A stretch of DNA of 64,000 nucleotides from an uncultured Gemmatimonadales bacterium (GCA_963825815.1 CAWGVB010000030.1:10287-74286); one strand, 5' to 3'; positions 39,601-50,569 are shown, numbered from the stretch's first letter. Translations and numbers: made by a program. The notes: a model not told the origin generated them from the letters alone.

Positions 39601-40516
39601 CACGACCGGAGCGGTGTGGCGCCAGATGTGGCCGGCGGTCGCCCTGGCGGCGCTCATCATCGCGCTGGTGGCCTGGCGCGCGGTGCCGAGCCTGAGCGCG
39701 TGCCAGACTGGGAGATACGTGGTGGGCGTGCTGCCGCTGGGACTCGCCTGGATCGCCTCGCCCGCTGATCGCGCAGGCGCTTGCGGCGCCGGCCCTGCCC
39801 AGGGAGCTGCGGCTGCGCGGGAGAGGGCCGGCGGCAGATGCACCGCTATGCCCTGCTCCACTGGCGTTTCTTCGACCGGTTCGTCAGCGAGCAGACCAAC
39901 TGGCTCGCGCCGGACAACTTCCAGGAGGATCCCAAGCCGGTCGTGGCGCTGCGCACTTCGCCCACCAACATCGGCCTCCAGCTGCTGGCCACGGTCAGCG
40001 CCTACGACCTGGGCTTCATCACTCTCGATGATATGGCCCGCCGGCTGGAGCTCGCGTTCCGCACTCTGGAGCGGATGCGGCGGCTGCAGGGCCACTTCTA
40101 CAACTGGTACGACCTGACCGACCTCCGGGTGCTGGAGCCGGCCTACGTGTCCACGGTGGACAGCGGCAATCTGGCCGGCCACCTCATCGCGCTGCGGCAG
40201 GCGTGCCTGGCGCTGATCGAGCAGCCGCTGGATGGACGGGTCGGCCGGGCGCTGGACACGGCGCTGCCGCTGGCCGACGAGCGGCGGAAGCAGCTGATCC
40301 CCAATCACTCCGCGGGAAAGCAGCTGCGGGCCGGCGCTCAAGCTGGTATCACAGTTCGGGCGGCATACGCCGTCTACCTCCAGGCTGGCCCGGCGTCAGG
40401 CGACGCACTCCGGCAGTACGAACGGAGGTCAACTCGGCGGGACTCGGGGCCGGGTCTGGCGGAGGCGCTGACGGAATGGACCTCGTGGAGTCTGCGGCTG
40501 ATTGAGCGCACCAGGC

Positions 40517-40570
40517 GAGTGGATCGGCGAAGTCGGGAGTCGCGGAGTCAGCGAATCGCGCGTCAGCTAG
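40517..40570. repeat. Short-period (7-8 nt) AGTC-type array inside the glucan synthase gene
   Basis: gagtggatcggcGAAGTCG GGAGTCG CGGAGTC AGCGAATC GCGCGTC AGCtagc. It encodes RRSRESRSQRIARQ in the locally open frame. Confidence 0.5.
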
Positions 40571-43500
40571 CCGCTCCCCGCTGGCGGCCGAGGTGCTCCG
40601 CCGGCTGGAGGCGATCGCCGACCGGGCCTACGCTACGCCATGGAGATGGACTTCCGGTTTCTGTTCGACAAGCAGCGGAAGCTGTTCGCCATCGGCTTGC
40701 AGGCCAACACCCACACTCTCGACGCTCGTACTACGACCTGCTCGCCTCGGAGGCGCGGCTGGCGAGCTTCTCGCCGTGGCCAAGAACGACGTGCCGGTGG
40801 ACCACTGGTTCCGCCTGGGCCGCACCCTGACCTACGCCGCCGGGCAAGCCGGCGCTGGTGTCGTGGAGCGGGAGCATGTTCGAGTATCTGATGCCGATGC
40901 TGGTGATGCGCTCGTTTCCCAGCACGGTGCTGGCGCAGACGTACCAAGGGCGCGCTGGTGCGGCAGGTGGCCTACGGCGGCGAGCGCGGCGTGCCCTGGG
41001 GCGTGAGCGAGAGCGCCTACAACGTGCGCGACCGGCACCACACCTATCAGTACCGCCCCTTCGGCGTACCCGACCTGGCGCTCAAGCGTGGCCTGGGCCG
41101 GGAGCTGGTGGTGGCGCCCTACGCTTCGCTGCTGGCCGCGATGATCGATCCCCAGCGGGCGCTGGCCAACCTGCGGGAGCTGGAGCGGCTCGGCGCACTG
41201 GGGCCGTACGGCTTCCGGGAATCGCTGGACTATACCCGGCCCGATCCCGAGATGAGCTACGCCCTGGTGGGCGCGTTCTTCGCCCACCACATCGGGATGA
41301 GCCTGGTCGCGATGACCAACGTGCTCAGCAACAACATCTGGCAGCGCCGGTTTCACGCCGACCCGATGGTCCGCTCCGCCGAGTTGCTGCTGCACGAGCG
41401 GATCCCCCGCCGGCTGGTGGTGCAGGAGGCGCAGGACCTCCGGCCCGACGAGGCGATGCCCGAGGCCGACACCGAGCGTCCGTCGGTTCGGGAGCTGGAC
41501 ACGCCCGACACGGCGCAGCCCCACATCGCGCTGCTGGGTCACGTCCCCTATACCATCATGGTGAGCCACTGTGGCGCCGGGTACAGCCGCTACGAGGAGC
41601 TGGCGGTGAGCCGCTGGCAGTCGGACGGCACCCGCGACTTCACCGGCCAGTTCTGCTATCTCAAGGATCTTTCCACCGGCCGCATCTGGTCGGCGGCGCA
41701 CCAGCCGGTATGCGCGCCGGCGGACAGCTACCAGGCCCTGCTCGCCACCGACCGGGTGACCTTCCACCGGATCGATGGCTCGATCGAGACCAGCACCGAG
41801 ATCGCAGTGGTGCCGGAGGACGCCGCCGAGGTTCGGCGGGTCACCATCACCAACCACAGCGACGAGACTCGAGAGATCGAGCTGACCAGCTACGGCGAGA
41901 TCGTGCTGGCGCCTCCGGAGAGCGACCGGGCCCATCCGGCGTTCGGCAATCTCTTCGTGGAGACCGAATGGCACGACTGGTGTAACGCCATCAGCGCCAC
42001 CCGTCGCGCCCGCTCGTCCAAGGAACAGCCGCTCTGGTGCGTGCACGTGGTGGACGATGCGGGACCGGAGCGGGTCGGCCCGGTGAGCTACGAGACCGAC
42101 CGGGCCAGGTTCATCGGCCGGGGACGCACGACTCGCGATCCAGTGGCCCTGGCAGCCGAGAGCCCGCTCTCCGGCAGCATCGGCTCGGTGCTGGATCCGA
42201 TCTTTGCTCTTCGGACCAGGGTGCGGCTCCGGCCGGGGCGATCGGCTTCGGTCGAGCTTCACCACATTGGTGGCGACCAGCCGGGAGCGGGCCTTCGAGC
42301 TGGCCGACCGGTACCGCGATCCGCACTCCTCGCAGCGGGCGCTCGACCTGGCCTGGACCTCGAGCCAGGTGGAGCTCAGGGAGTTCAATCTCACCCCCAG
42401 CGATGCGGCGGTGTTTCAGGAGCTGGCCGCGATCCTGCTCTACGGCAGCCCGTCGCTCCGCGCGCCCCAGTCGGAGCTCCGGAGAAACCGCGGCTCACAG
42501 CAACTGCTCTGGGCTATCGGGGTGAGCGGCGACTGGCCCATCCTGCTGGCGACCATCGATTCGGACGAAGGACTTCCGACGTCTGCGGCAGGTGCTCCAG
42601 GCCCACCACTACTGGCGGCGCCGGGGAATGAAGATCGACCTGGTGGTGCTGAACACCCATCCGCCGAGCTACATCCAGGATATGGCCGACCGGATCACCT
42701 CCACCGCCTTCTCGGCCAGTGATCCCACGTTCGTGGATGTTCCCGGCGGCGTCTTCGTGCGGCGGCAGGACCTGCTCAACGCCCGACCAGCTGCAGATGC
42801 TCCGGGCCACCGCGCGAATGCATTTCTCCTGTCAGGGGCAGACGCTGGGCCGGGTGCTCGCCACCGCGCTGCCCGATGAATCGCTGGATGAGGAGCTGGA
42901 GGAGATCTCTCCCCCGCTCCGGACGCCGGCACGGAGCGACTCGCGCATGGCCCGGGTGGTTCGCCGGATTGGCGCCACCCTGCCCTCCCTGCTGGTGCCG
43001 ACAGCTTCGCCACCCCAGCGCCGGCCCCATGTTCCGGACCGGCGCGCGGCGGTGGACTGGCGCTGGACAACGGCTATGGCGGGATCGGTCGCGACGGCGA
43101 CTATCACATTCGGGTGAACGGGAATCGCGTACCGCCGGCTCCCTGGTCCAACGTCATAGCCAACCAGCCATGGCGGATTCATGGTCACCGAGAGGGGCGG
43201 CGGGTGCACCTGGGCCGAGAACAGCTACTTCTTCCGGCTGACGCCCTGGCACAACGATCCAGTGTCAGACCCCGTGAGCGAGGTGATCTATCTCCAGGAC
43301 GAGGAGAGCGGCGAGCTGTGGTGCGCCACTCCGGGTCCGATCGGAGGAGATCATTTCACTGTCCGGCACGCACCGGGCACCAGCTCCTTTTCTCACCGGC
43401 ACGGCGATATCGCCAGCGACCTGATTCTGGGCCTGGCCCCGGACGCGGCAGTCAAGCTTTCGGTGCTGCGTCTGAGCAACCTGGGCGACAGGGTCCGCCG

Positions 43501-44796
43501 GCTCCGGATCACCACATATATGGAATGGGCTCTGGGGGTGCTCCGGGAGCACACCCAGCACCAGGTGCAAACCCGATTCGATCGGGAGCGGGAGACGCTG
43601 CGGGCCACCAACTACTTCGACCCCAGCTTTGCCGGTTGGACCGGATTCCATTGCATCAGCGAGCCGGTGATTGCCTACACGGCCGGCCGCCGGGACTTCA
43701 TCGGCCGGAACCGTTCAGTCGCAAACCCCGCCGCGTTGCTGGATGGCGGGAATCTCTCCGGTGTTACCGGCGCCGGGATCGATCCGTGCGCGGCGCTGCA
43801 GTGCTCGATCGAGCTCGCGCCGGGCCAAGACCGGGAGATCGCCATCATACTGGGCGCGGCGGAAACCGAGCTCAAGACTCAGGGGTTGACTGAGGAGTAT
43901 CGCGACCCGGCCCGAGCGAAGGCCGCGATCGATGAAACGATTGCCGGCTGGAGCGAGCGGCTCTCGGTCATCACGGTGAAGACACCGGAGCCCACCTTCG
44001 ACGCGATGATCAACCGCTGGACCTTGTACCAGGCGCTCTCCTGCCGGATGTGGGGCCGCTCGGCGTTGTATCAGAGCAGCGGCGCGTACGGCTTTCGCGA
44101 TCAACTACAGGATGTGATGGCGTTCCTCTATGCCGAGCCCGCACTGGCGCGGGAGCACATACTCCGGGCCTCCGGCTCGCCAGTTCGTGGAAGGCGACGT
44201 GCAGCACTGGTGGCATCCCCACAGCGGCCGGGGAGTGCGCACCCGGTTTTCCGACGATCTGGCCTGGCTGCCCTACGTGGTGGACCAGTATGTCCGGGTC
44301 ACCGGCGATACGTCGGTGCTGGATGAGCCGGTTCCGTTCCTGACCATGCGTCAGCTGGGTCCGGAGGAGCACGAGATTTACGACTTGCCCGAGGTGAGCT
44401 CAGAGGTGGCGAGCGTGTACCAGCACTGCGTTCGGGCCCTCCGCCGGGCCTGCACTACGGGCGAGCACGGCCTGCCTTTGATCGGCATCGGCGACTGGAA
44501 CGACGGGTTGAACCGGGTCGGGGTTCACGGTCAGGGTGAGAGCGTGTGGCTGGCATGGTTCCTGGCCACTACGCTCAAGGCCTTTGCCGAGCAGGCCGAC
44601 TCTCGGGGAGACGTGGCTATCGCGGCGGAGTTCAGGGGTCAGGCCGTCACCTATCTGATGGCGGTGGAGCAGCACGGGTGGGACGGAGAGTGGTATCGCC
44701 GGGCCTACTTTGACGACGGAACGCCGCTTGGCTCGCGGACGAACGAGGAATGCCGAATCGATTCGATCGCGCAGAGCTGGAGTGTAATTGCAGGCG

Positions 44797-44880
44797 GGCA
44801 GGCGGCCAGTCGGTCAGGCGGGAAGACCAGTGGAAGGACGGATCTTCAGACCGCCCGACAGCCCGACCGCCCGACCACCG
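44797..44880. repeat. In-frame repeat insertion (8-nt period: GACCGCCC GACAGCCC GACCGCCC GACCACCG plus an inverted-like left half) inside the GH94 domain
   Basis: ORF 44130..45560 stays open across it and reads ...[51 protein letters not shown].... The flanks are conserved-looking and the middle is low complexity. Confidence 0.6.
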
Positions 44881-45745
44881 CAATGAAGTCGCTGGAGAAG
44901 TATTTGGTGCGCGAGGATGCCCGGCTGCTCATGCTGCTGACTCCCCCATTCGACAAGACCGAGAAAGATCCCGGATACATCAAGGGCTACCTGCCGGGCG
45001 TCCGGGAGAATGGGGCGCAATACACGCACGCCGCGCTCTGGGCCGTGCTGGCCACCGCTCTCCAGGGCAACGGAAACCGGGCCTTCGAGCTGTATCAGAT
45101 GATCAACCCGCTGACTCACGCGCGCACGCCGGAGGAGGTAGAGGTCTACAAGGTCGAGCCGTATGTCGTGGCGGCCGATGTGTACACGGCAGACGGCCAG
45201 TTGGGACGGGGCGGGTGGACCTGGTACACCGGTTCTGCGAGCTGGATGTACCGGGTGGGACTCGAGGGCATTCTCGGCTTCACCAAGCGGGGTGACCGGC
45301 TGTACATCGAGCCGAGAGTCCCCACCTCCTGGTCAGCCTATACCATCGAATACCGATACGGTGCGAGCGTCTATGTGATCGCGGTGCGCAACGAGGAGGG
45401 AATATCCGGCGGAGCGGTCGAGGTCATCATTGACGGAGCTCCGTCAGCCGACGGCTGGGTTCGCCTGGTCGATGACGGCGCTCGGCACGAGGTGAGCGTA
45501 CAGCGGGTGAGTAGCGATGTATCGCAGAGGGAGGAGGTCGCCGCGGACGATAATAGATAAAGCGGACGAACCACCTCCGCCTGCGTCTCGACCCCGTCGG
45601 GCAGGCTTCTTGCGACCCCGCCACACTGCAGTGAGTTGCCGCACTCCCTAAACAAGACATTGACCGTTTCCAGGTAAGCTGGAGCCTCTGCCGGCTCCTT
45701 ATCGGATGGTTACGCAGTCTGACAGTCAACCTGCCGAGGCGTGCC

Positions 45746-47038
45746 GTGAAGCTGGTTGCCGGACATGCTGTTACCGGTGCACTTCTCCAAGCCGCGGAAC
45801 CGGCGAAAGCCACCGCAGCTCCCGTCCTGAAGAGCCGTCCGTCCGCTCCTGCCTACCGCCGGGTGCTAATTGTCGCACCCCAGCCATTCTACGAGGATCG
45901 GGGGACCCCGATTGCGGTTCGCCAGGTGGTTGAGGGGCTCAGCCAGCTCGGATATTCGGTCGATCTCCTCGCGTATCCTGTTGGCAGCGACATTCAAGTA
46001 CCGGGCGTGCGCCTGATGCGGACGGCAAATCCGCTTCGATTCAAGAGCGTTCCGGTAGGCCTTTCGGTGAAGAAGGTCCTGCTGGACATCCCACTCACAT
46101 TGGCGCTTCTGTCTCGCCTTCGCACCGGTGCATACTCTTGCATTCATGCCGTCGAAGAGGCGGCTTTCCCCGCTGTTCTGTTGGGTCGGCACTACAGAGT
46201 GCCGGTGATCTACGACATGCAGTCCAGCCTTCCCGAGCAGCTCGCCACACATCCCGGGTTAGGTGCCACACCCGTCCGATACCTATTGGAGCAGCTGGAA
46301 TCCTGGCTTCTGCGACGAGCCGACTTGGTCGTCAGCAGCGCCGGTCTGGCGAGCCGGGTACGCGAAGTCGCTCCTCAGACTCCGCTACATGAGTGGCAGT
46401 ATCCGAGCGTCATGGTTCCAGCCGCACGAGGCGACGCGGAGCGGCTTCGCCGGCGTCTCGCTATTCCACCGGGCCGGCCGGTTGTGCTCTATGGCGGGAC
46501 CTTTCAGAGCTATCAGGGACTGGGACAGCTGATCGAGGCCATCCCGGCGGTACGGGCGGTGGTACCGGACGCCACCTTCGTGCTGGTAGGAGCGGAGAAC
46601 GGAACTGGTGCGGCGGTTCGGGCTCAAGGAGCTGCGCTCCTCCAGTCGGGAGCCTTGCATGTCATCGATCGTCAACCACGGCACGAAATACCCGGCTACC
46701 TTGGTCTCGCCGACGTGTTGGTCTCGCCCCGCTCCTACGGCGGCAACCTTCCACTCAAGGTCTTCGACTACCTGGCGGCAGGCCGCCCCATCGTTGCCAC
46801 CGATATCCCGACGCATCGTACGGTGCTCAACGAAGACCGGGCGGTGCTCGTTCCCACCCAGAGCAGCGAGCTCGCGCGAGGAATCCTGAGTCTGCTGCTG
46901 GACCCGTCGCGCGCCGACCGCTTGGCTCGTGCCGGCCGCCGGTACGCGGAAGAGCACCTCGGGTGGGCGAGATTCGTCGACTCTCTGGGTAAGCTGTACG
47001 AGGCCGTGCACCAGCATGCGCCTGCGAAATCGGCCTGA
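45746..47038 (+). CDS. GT4-family (Glycos_transf_1) glycosyltransferase
   Basis: Intact 430-aa ORF (GTG start): RVLIVAPQPFYEDRGTPIAVRQVVEGLSQLGYSVDLLAYP...VVLYGGTFQSYQGLGQLIEA...FVLVGAENG...GLADVLVSPRSYGGNLPLKVFDYLAAGRPIVATDIPTHRTVL (E-x7-E-like region). Confidence 0.8.
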   Translation: MKLVAGHAVTGALLQAAEPAKATAAPVLKSRPSAPAYRRVLIVAPQPFYEDRGTPIAVRQVVEGLSQLGYSVDLLAYPVGSDIQVPGVRLMRTANPLRFKSVPVGLSVKKVLLDIPLTLALLSRLRTGAYSCIHAVEEAAFPAVLLGRHYRVPVIYDMQSSLPEQLATHPGLGATPVRYLLEQLESWLLRRADLVVSSAGLASRVREVAPQTPLHEWQYPSVMVPAARGDAERLRRRLAIPPGRPVVLYGGTFQSYQGLGQLIEAIPAVRAVVPDATFVLVGAENGTGAAVRAQGAALLQSGALHVIDRQPRHEIPGYLGLADVLVSPRSYGGNLPLKVFDYLAAGRPIVATDIPTHRTVLNEDRAVLVPTQSSELARGILSLLLDPSRADRLARAGRRYAEEHLGWARFVDSLGKLYEAVHQHAPAKSA

Positions 47039-47999
47039 GCTGATCGTGCCCCGCGCCAATATCGTCTCCGTGATCATTCCGGCCCGCAATGAAGCCCGCG
47101 GTATTCCCGCGGTCATCCAGGCCGTCCAGGCACAGAGTCCTGCCGGCTGGGATCTCGAGATCATCGTCGTCGATGACGGGTCGTCCGACGGAACAGCGGA
47201 CAGGGCTCGGGCCGCCGGCGCACAAGCCTTGGTACTCGAGTCCGGGAGCGAGGGCGGAAATCCGGCACGAGCCAGGAATCTCGGAGCGGCCGCAGCCAAG
47301 GGCGATCCTATCGTTTTTCTCGACGCTGACTGCATTCCCGAGTCAGGCTGGCTCGCCCGCTTGCTGGTGGCCCACGACGGGGGAGCAGCGGTGGTCGGGG
47401 GTGCGTTGGATCTGCCGCAGGGTGTGCCCCTCACGGCCCGCTGCGACTACTACTGCGGGTGGTATCACGTCCACTCCAAGCGACCCTCAGGGGCCGTTCC
47501 GAACCATCCCCCCGGCAACTTGAGCGTGCGCCGCCAGGTGTTCGCCTTGAGTAGCGGCTTTACCGAGCAACAGCCGGTAGCCTATGCCCATGAGGAGCTG
47601 GCCTGGCAGGGAGAAGTGCAGCGATCGGGTGGTGCGATCGTCTTCGAGCCTGCCGCGGTGGTCCGGCACTACAACCGGCCGGGCTTCGCCAACCTGCTCA
47701 AACGGAACTACCGCTGGGGCTACAGCGCCATCGAGAGTAAGGCGGCAACCAAGGCGGCCCGCATGGCATGGCTCTATCGCTATCCCGGGCTCCTGGTGGC
47801 GGCCAGCATTCCTCTGGCAATCGCCAGCACCGGCTACATCGTCGGCTGCTGGCTGCGCGCCGGTGTCCTGGAGCCACTGCTGATGTTGCCCGCGGTACTC
47901 GCCGCCCGGCTGGCCTACTCGATGGGCCTCGCCGCGGGTGGGGTGCGATGGATTCGCTACGGAACGCTCGCTCCTGCTACCAGGGCTCGTTGGGAATGA
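47016..47999 (+). CDS. GT2-family glycosyltransferase with C-terminal TM helices
   Basis: MRLRNRPELIVPRANIVSVIIPARNEARGIPAVIQAVQAQS...EIIVVDDGSSDGT...NPARARNLGAAAAKGDPIVFLDADCIPE. It overlaps the GT4 3' end by 23 nt. Confidence 0.8.
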   Translation: MRLRNRPELIVPRANIVSVIIPARNEARGIPAVIQAVQAQSPAGWDLEIIVVDDGSSDGTADRARAAGAQALVLESGSEGGNPARARNLGAAAAKGDPIVFLDADCIPESGWLARLLVAHDGGAAVVGGALDLPQGVPLTARCDYYCGWYHVHSKRPSGAVPNHPPGNLSVRRQVFALSSGFTEQQPVAYAHEELAWQGEVQRSGGAIVFEPAAVVRHYNRPGFANLLKRNYRWGYSAIESKAATKAARMAWLYRYPGLLVAASIPLAIASTGYIVGCWLRAGVLEPLLMLPAVLAARLAYSMGLAAGGVRWIRYGTLAPATRARWE

Positions 48000-48976
48000 C
48001 GTCGCCCACCATCACGGCAGCGATCTGTACTCGGAACCGCCCCCTCCTGCTGGCGCGGGCCCTCGAGTCGCTGCTGGCTCAGTCCATGGCGCCAGCCGAG
48101 ATCATGGTGGTGGACAATGCGCCGTCTGATGAGGCGACAGCGCTGCTCGTGACCGAGCGCTTTTCCGGAGTCCGCTATCTGCGCGAGCCGGTGCCCGGAC
48201 TCGACTTTGCCCGCAATCGGGCACTGGGAGCGGCCACCGGCGAGATCGTTGCCTTTCTCGACGATGATGCCGTGGCGGACCGGGATTGGTGCCGGGCACT
48301 GAAGCGGGTGTTCGAGTCTGCTCCCGAGGTCGCGGTGTGCACCGGAAGGGTCGAGCCGCTGATTCTGGCGAGCCCGGGACAACTTCTGTTCGAGTTGAAC
48401 GGAGGGTTTTCCCGGGGTCGTCGCCGGATCCGGCTGCCCGACCATGCTGCCAAACGGCTCCATGGATGGCCGGTGCCGCTCATCGCGTGGGCCATCAGCG
48501 TTGGCTGCGGCTGCGCCTACGCGGTCCGGCGCAAGGTGGCCCTGCAATTGGGCGGCTTCGATGAGGCGCTCGACCTGGGCGGCGCATTGCCCGGAGGCGG
48601 AGACCACGATCTCCTGTGGCGCGCGCTGCAGTCCGGCTGGAGAGTCGAATATCAGCCGGAGGCCGTGGCCTGGCACGAGCACCGTCGCGAGGCCGAGGCC
48701 GCATATCAGCAAATCATCGGGCATCAACGAGCCCTACTCGCCTTTCTGTGCAAGCAGGTATCGCACTCTTCTCTCCGGGGCGCGCTGCCTCTGCTGGTGT
48801 ATCTGAGCTGGCGACTCCTGAAGCCAGGCGTACGGGTGGTGCGGCGCGGATTGGGTCGCGATCCGCTCCCCATCGGTGTGCTGCTGCGAATGTGGGGCAA
48901 CTGCTTCATGGGCCTGGGCGCCTATCCACTCGCCAGCCGGATCGCCAGAACCCGGCGGGAGCAATACGCCGCATGA
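47996..48976 (+). CDS. GT2-family glycosyltransferase
   Basis: The ATG overlaps the previous stop (ATGA). Sequence: MTSPTITAAICTRNRPLLLARALESLLAQSMAPAEIMVVDNAPSDEAT...FARNRALGAATGEIVAFLDDDAVAD...GGGDHDLLWRAL. Confidence 0.8.
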   Translation: MTSPTITAAICTRNRPLLLARALESLLAQSMAPAEIMVVDNAPSDEATALLVTERFSGVRYLREPVPGLDFARNRALGAATGEIVAFLDDDAVADRDWCRALKRVFESAPEVAVCTGRVEPLILASPGQLLFELNGGFSRGRRRIRLPDHAAKRLHGWPVPLIAWAISVGCGCAYAVRRKVALQLGGFDEALDLGGALPGGGDHDLLWRALQSGWRVEYQPEAVAWHEHRREAEAAYQQIIGHQRALLAFLCKQVSHSSLRGALPLLVYLSWRLLKPGVRVVRRGLGRDPLPIGVLLRMWGNCFMGLGAYPLASRIARTRREQYAA

Positions 48977-49797
48977 GCGTCCCGTTCCAATTGGCTCGTC
49001 CTGCCGCCTCGGCGGAGGCGCCGTTCCGGTTAGGGCAGCTGTGGAGGTTTCGTGAGCTGCTGCGGAGTCTGGTTATCCGCAATCTCAAGGTGAAATACCA
49101 GCGCTCACTGCTGGGCTTCGTCTGGACGATGCTGAATCCGCTCCTCACGGTCGGGATTCTGGTTCTGGTGTTCAGCCATGTGGTCCGAATTCCCCTGCCG
49201 GACTACTGGGCGTTCGTGCTCAGCGGATACTTCGTCTGGAACTGCGTGCTCCAGACCCTGAACACCGGCACCTACATCTTTGCGGAGCATTCACGGCTCA
49301 CCCGCAGCGTCGCCTTCCCCAGTGAGATCCTGGTGTTCGGGGCCGTCGGCTCCCGCTTGCTGGAGTTTATAGCGGAGATCATGCTGGTCATGGTCCTGCT
49401 GGTCGCGTTCCGTCATCACCATGTTCCCGCCAGCTTTGCCTTGCTTCCCTTGCTGCTGGTGATTCAGACGTTGTTGGTGATCGGCGTGGCTCTCCCCATC
49501 GCGACGCTCTCCGTTTTCTACTACGACGTCCAGCACGCGCTCCCGATTGCGTTGACCACGTTGTTCTATTTGTCGCCGGTTTTTTATCCGGCGGAGATGG
49601 TACCGGAGGCGGCCCGGGCCTTCTACTTCCTTAACCCTCTCGCCGGCCTGCTATCGCTTTACCACGAGATCCTCTACGCCGGCCACATCCCGTCTCCCAC
49701 GTGGCTTCTGGGGATGTTCGCTGCGGCCCTCCTGGTCTACCTCACCGGCTATGGCATCTTCCATCGCTACGCCAGCGTTTTTTCCGAGATCGTCTGA
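48973..49797 (+). CDS. ABC-2-type polysaccharide export permease (Wzm/TagG-like)
   Basis: ATGA overlap with the previous gene. Sequence: LWRFRELLRSLVIRNLKVKYQRSLLGFVWTMLNPLLTVGILVLVFSHV...YWAFVLSGYFVWNC...LFYLSPVFYPAEMVPE...FLNPLAGLL. Six predicted TM helices. Confidence 0.85.
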   Translation: MSVPFQLARPAASAEAPFRLGQLWRFRELLRSLVIRNLKVKYQRSLLGFVWTMLNPLLTVGILVLVFSHVVRIPLPDYWAFVLSGYFVWNCVLQTLNTGTYIFAEHSRLTRSVAFPSEILVFGAVGSRLLEFIAEIMLVMVLLVAFRHHHVPASFALLPLLLVIQTLLVIGVALPIATLSVFYYDVQHALPIALTTLFYLSPVFYPAEMVPEAARAFYFLNPLAGLLSLYHEILYAGHIPSPTWLLGMFAAALLVYLTGYGIFHRYASVFSEIV

Positions 49798-50569
49798 GCG
49801 CGCCGTTGCGGCCGCCGTCGAGCTTCGGGATGTCTCGAAGCGGTTCTACTATTACGAGCACCGCACGAGCAGCCTGCGCGAGTGGTTCATCCGCCGGGTT
49901 CTGCGCCGTCCCCTGCACATCCGCCGAGCGGAGTTCACCCTCCGCGACTTCAACCTTCGCATCGCGCCGGGCGAAGCGGTCGCGCTGATCGGCTCCAACG
50001 GCTCCGGCAAGAGCACGGCGCTTCGGCTCATCGCGGGGATTTACCAGCCGTCGAGTGGAGTGATCGAGACCAAGGGGCGTCTGACCGCGGTGATCGAGCT
50101 GGGAGCCGGGTTCCACCCTGAGCTTACCGGCGCCGATAACGTCGGTCTCTATGCCGCGGTGCTGGGCCTCGGCCGCAAGGAGCTGTTGGCCCGCTACGAC
50201 GAGATCGTCGACTTCGCTCAGACGCGGGAATTCATGGATACCCCGCTCAAGTACTACTCCTCCGGCATGGAGGCCCGGCTCGCCTTCGCGGTTGCGATTT
50301 GCCTGCAGCCGGACGTGCTCCTGCTGGACGAGGTGCTCGCGGTCGGAGATCAGGCGTTTCGCGAGCGATGCCTGGCCCGGCTCCGCGCCTATCACGCCCG
50401 GGGTGGGACGCTCATCCTGGTCTCGCACGAGATGGATCAGATACGGCAGCTCTGCTCCCGGGCCGTGTGGCTGGAGCAGGGAGCGATCCGGATGGACGGC
50501 GCCGTGGGCCCCGTGCTCGCGGCCTATTCTGCCAAGGATTCACCCAACCACAGACGAGGAGCCACGTGA
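49751..50569 (+). CDS. ABC transporter ATP-binding protein (Wzt/TagH-like, short form without C-terminal glycan-binding domain)
   Basis: VELRDVSKRF...GEAVALIGSNGSGKSTALRLIAG (Walker A)...YSSGMEARLAFAVAI (signature)...DVLLLDEVLAVGD (Walker B)...LILVSHEM. The start is uncertain; ATG 49751 overlaps the permease by 47 nt. Confidence 0.85.
   Translation: MASSIATPAFFPRSSERAVAAAVELRDVSKRFYYYEHRTSSLREWFIRRVLRRPLHIRRAEFTLRDFNLRIAPGEAVALIGSNGSGKSTALRLIAGIYQPSSGVIETKGRLTAVIELGAGFHPELTGADNVGLYAAVLGLGRKELLARYDEIVDFAQTREFMDTPLKYYSSGMEARLAFAVAICLQPDVLLLDEVLAVGDQAFRERCLARLRAYHARGGTLILVSHEMDQIRQLCSRAVWLEQGAIRMDGAVGPVLAAYSAKDSPNHRRGAT

Larger units (their letters stand above)
36688..45560 (+). pseudogene. Cyclic beta-1,2-glucan synthase-like giant protein (NdvB/ChvB/Cgs type: TM + GT84 + GH94 phosphorylase domains); well over a dozen frame changes
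   Basis: The reading path hops among ORFs 36688..37569, 36879..39695, 38641..39534, 39377..40117, 39781..40830, 40593..41006, 40640..40891, 40858..41985, 40958..42631, 42204..42722, 42592..42879, 42719..43117, 43181..44326 and 44130..45560. Hallmarks: GPAGEWLLDNYHVVQEHIGEVRESLPSGYYRELPVLAGGPLAGYPRVYELA; VITLDSDTVLPPDAA; GILQPRVGVSLPSA...FTGKGVYDVEAFE...LLSHDLIEGNYARAGLATDV; MDFRFLFDKQRKLFAIG; SYYDLLASEARLASF; WSGSMFEYLMPMLVM; PWGVSESAYN; YGFRDQLQD; [12 protein letters not shown]; [10 protein letters not shown]; [16 protein letters not shown]. The 5' end is approximate. Confidence 0.85.

Noticed and set aside
36879-39695. The 938-aa ORF 36879..39695 taken at face value as one protein
   Set aside because: Only parts of it are in the true frame of the glucan synthase. 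Long stretches (e.g. PRRRVAAGQLPRGPGAHRRGAGEPAERLLP...) are out-of-frame read-through. The authentic sequence continues in ORFs 36688..37569, 37828..38130, 38641..39534 and others.
40832-42394. Long antisense ORFs (e.g. 40832..42394 -, 520 aa; 16892..18190 -, 432 aa; 15619..16935 -, 438 aa; 1007..1672 -; 34266..35600 -; 12883..14271 -) considered as genes
   Set aside because: Their composition is Arg/Pro/Gly/Ala-rich with no recognisable motifs. They lie exactly opposite well-supported genes. These are typical shadow ORFs of GC-rich DNA, where stop codons are rare.
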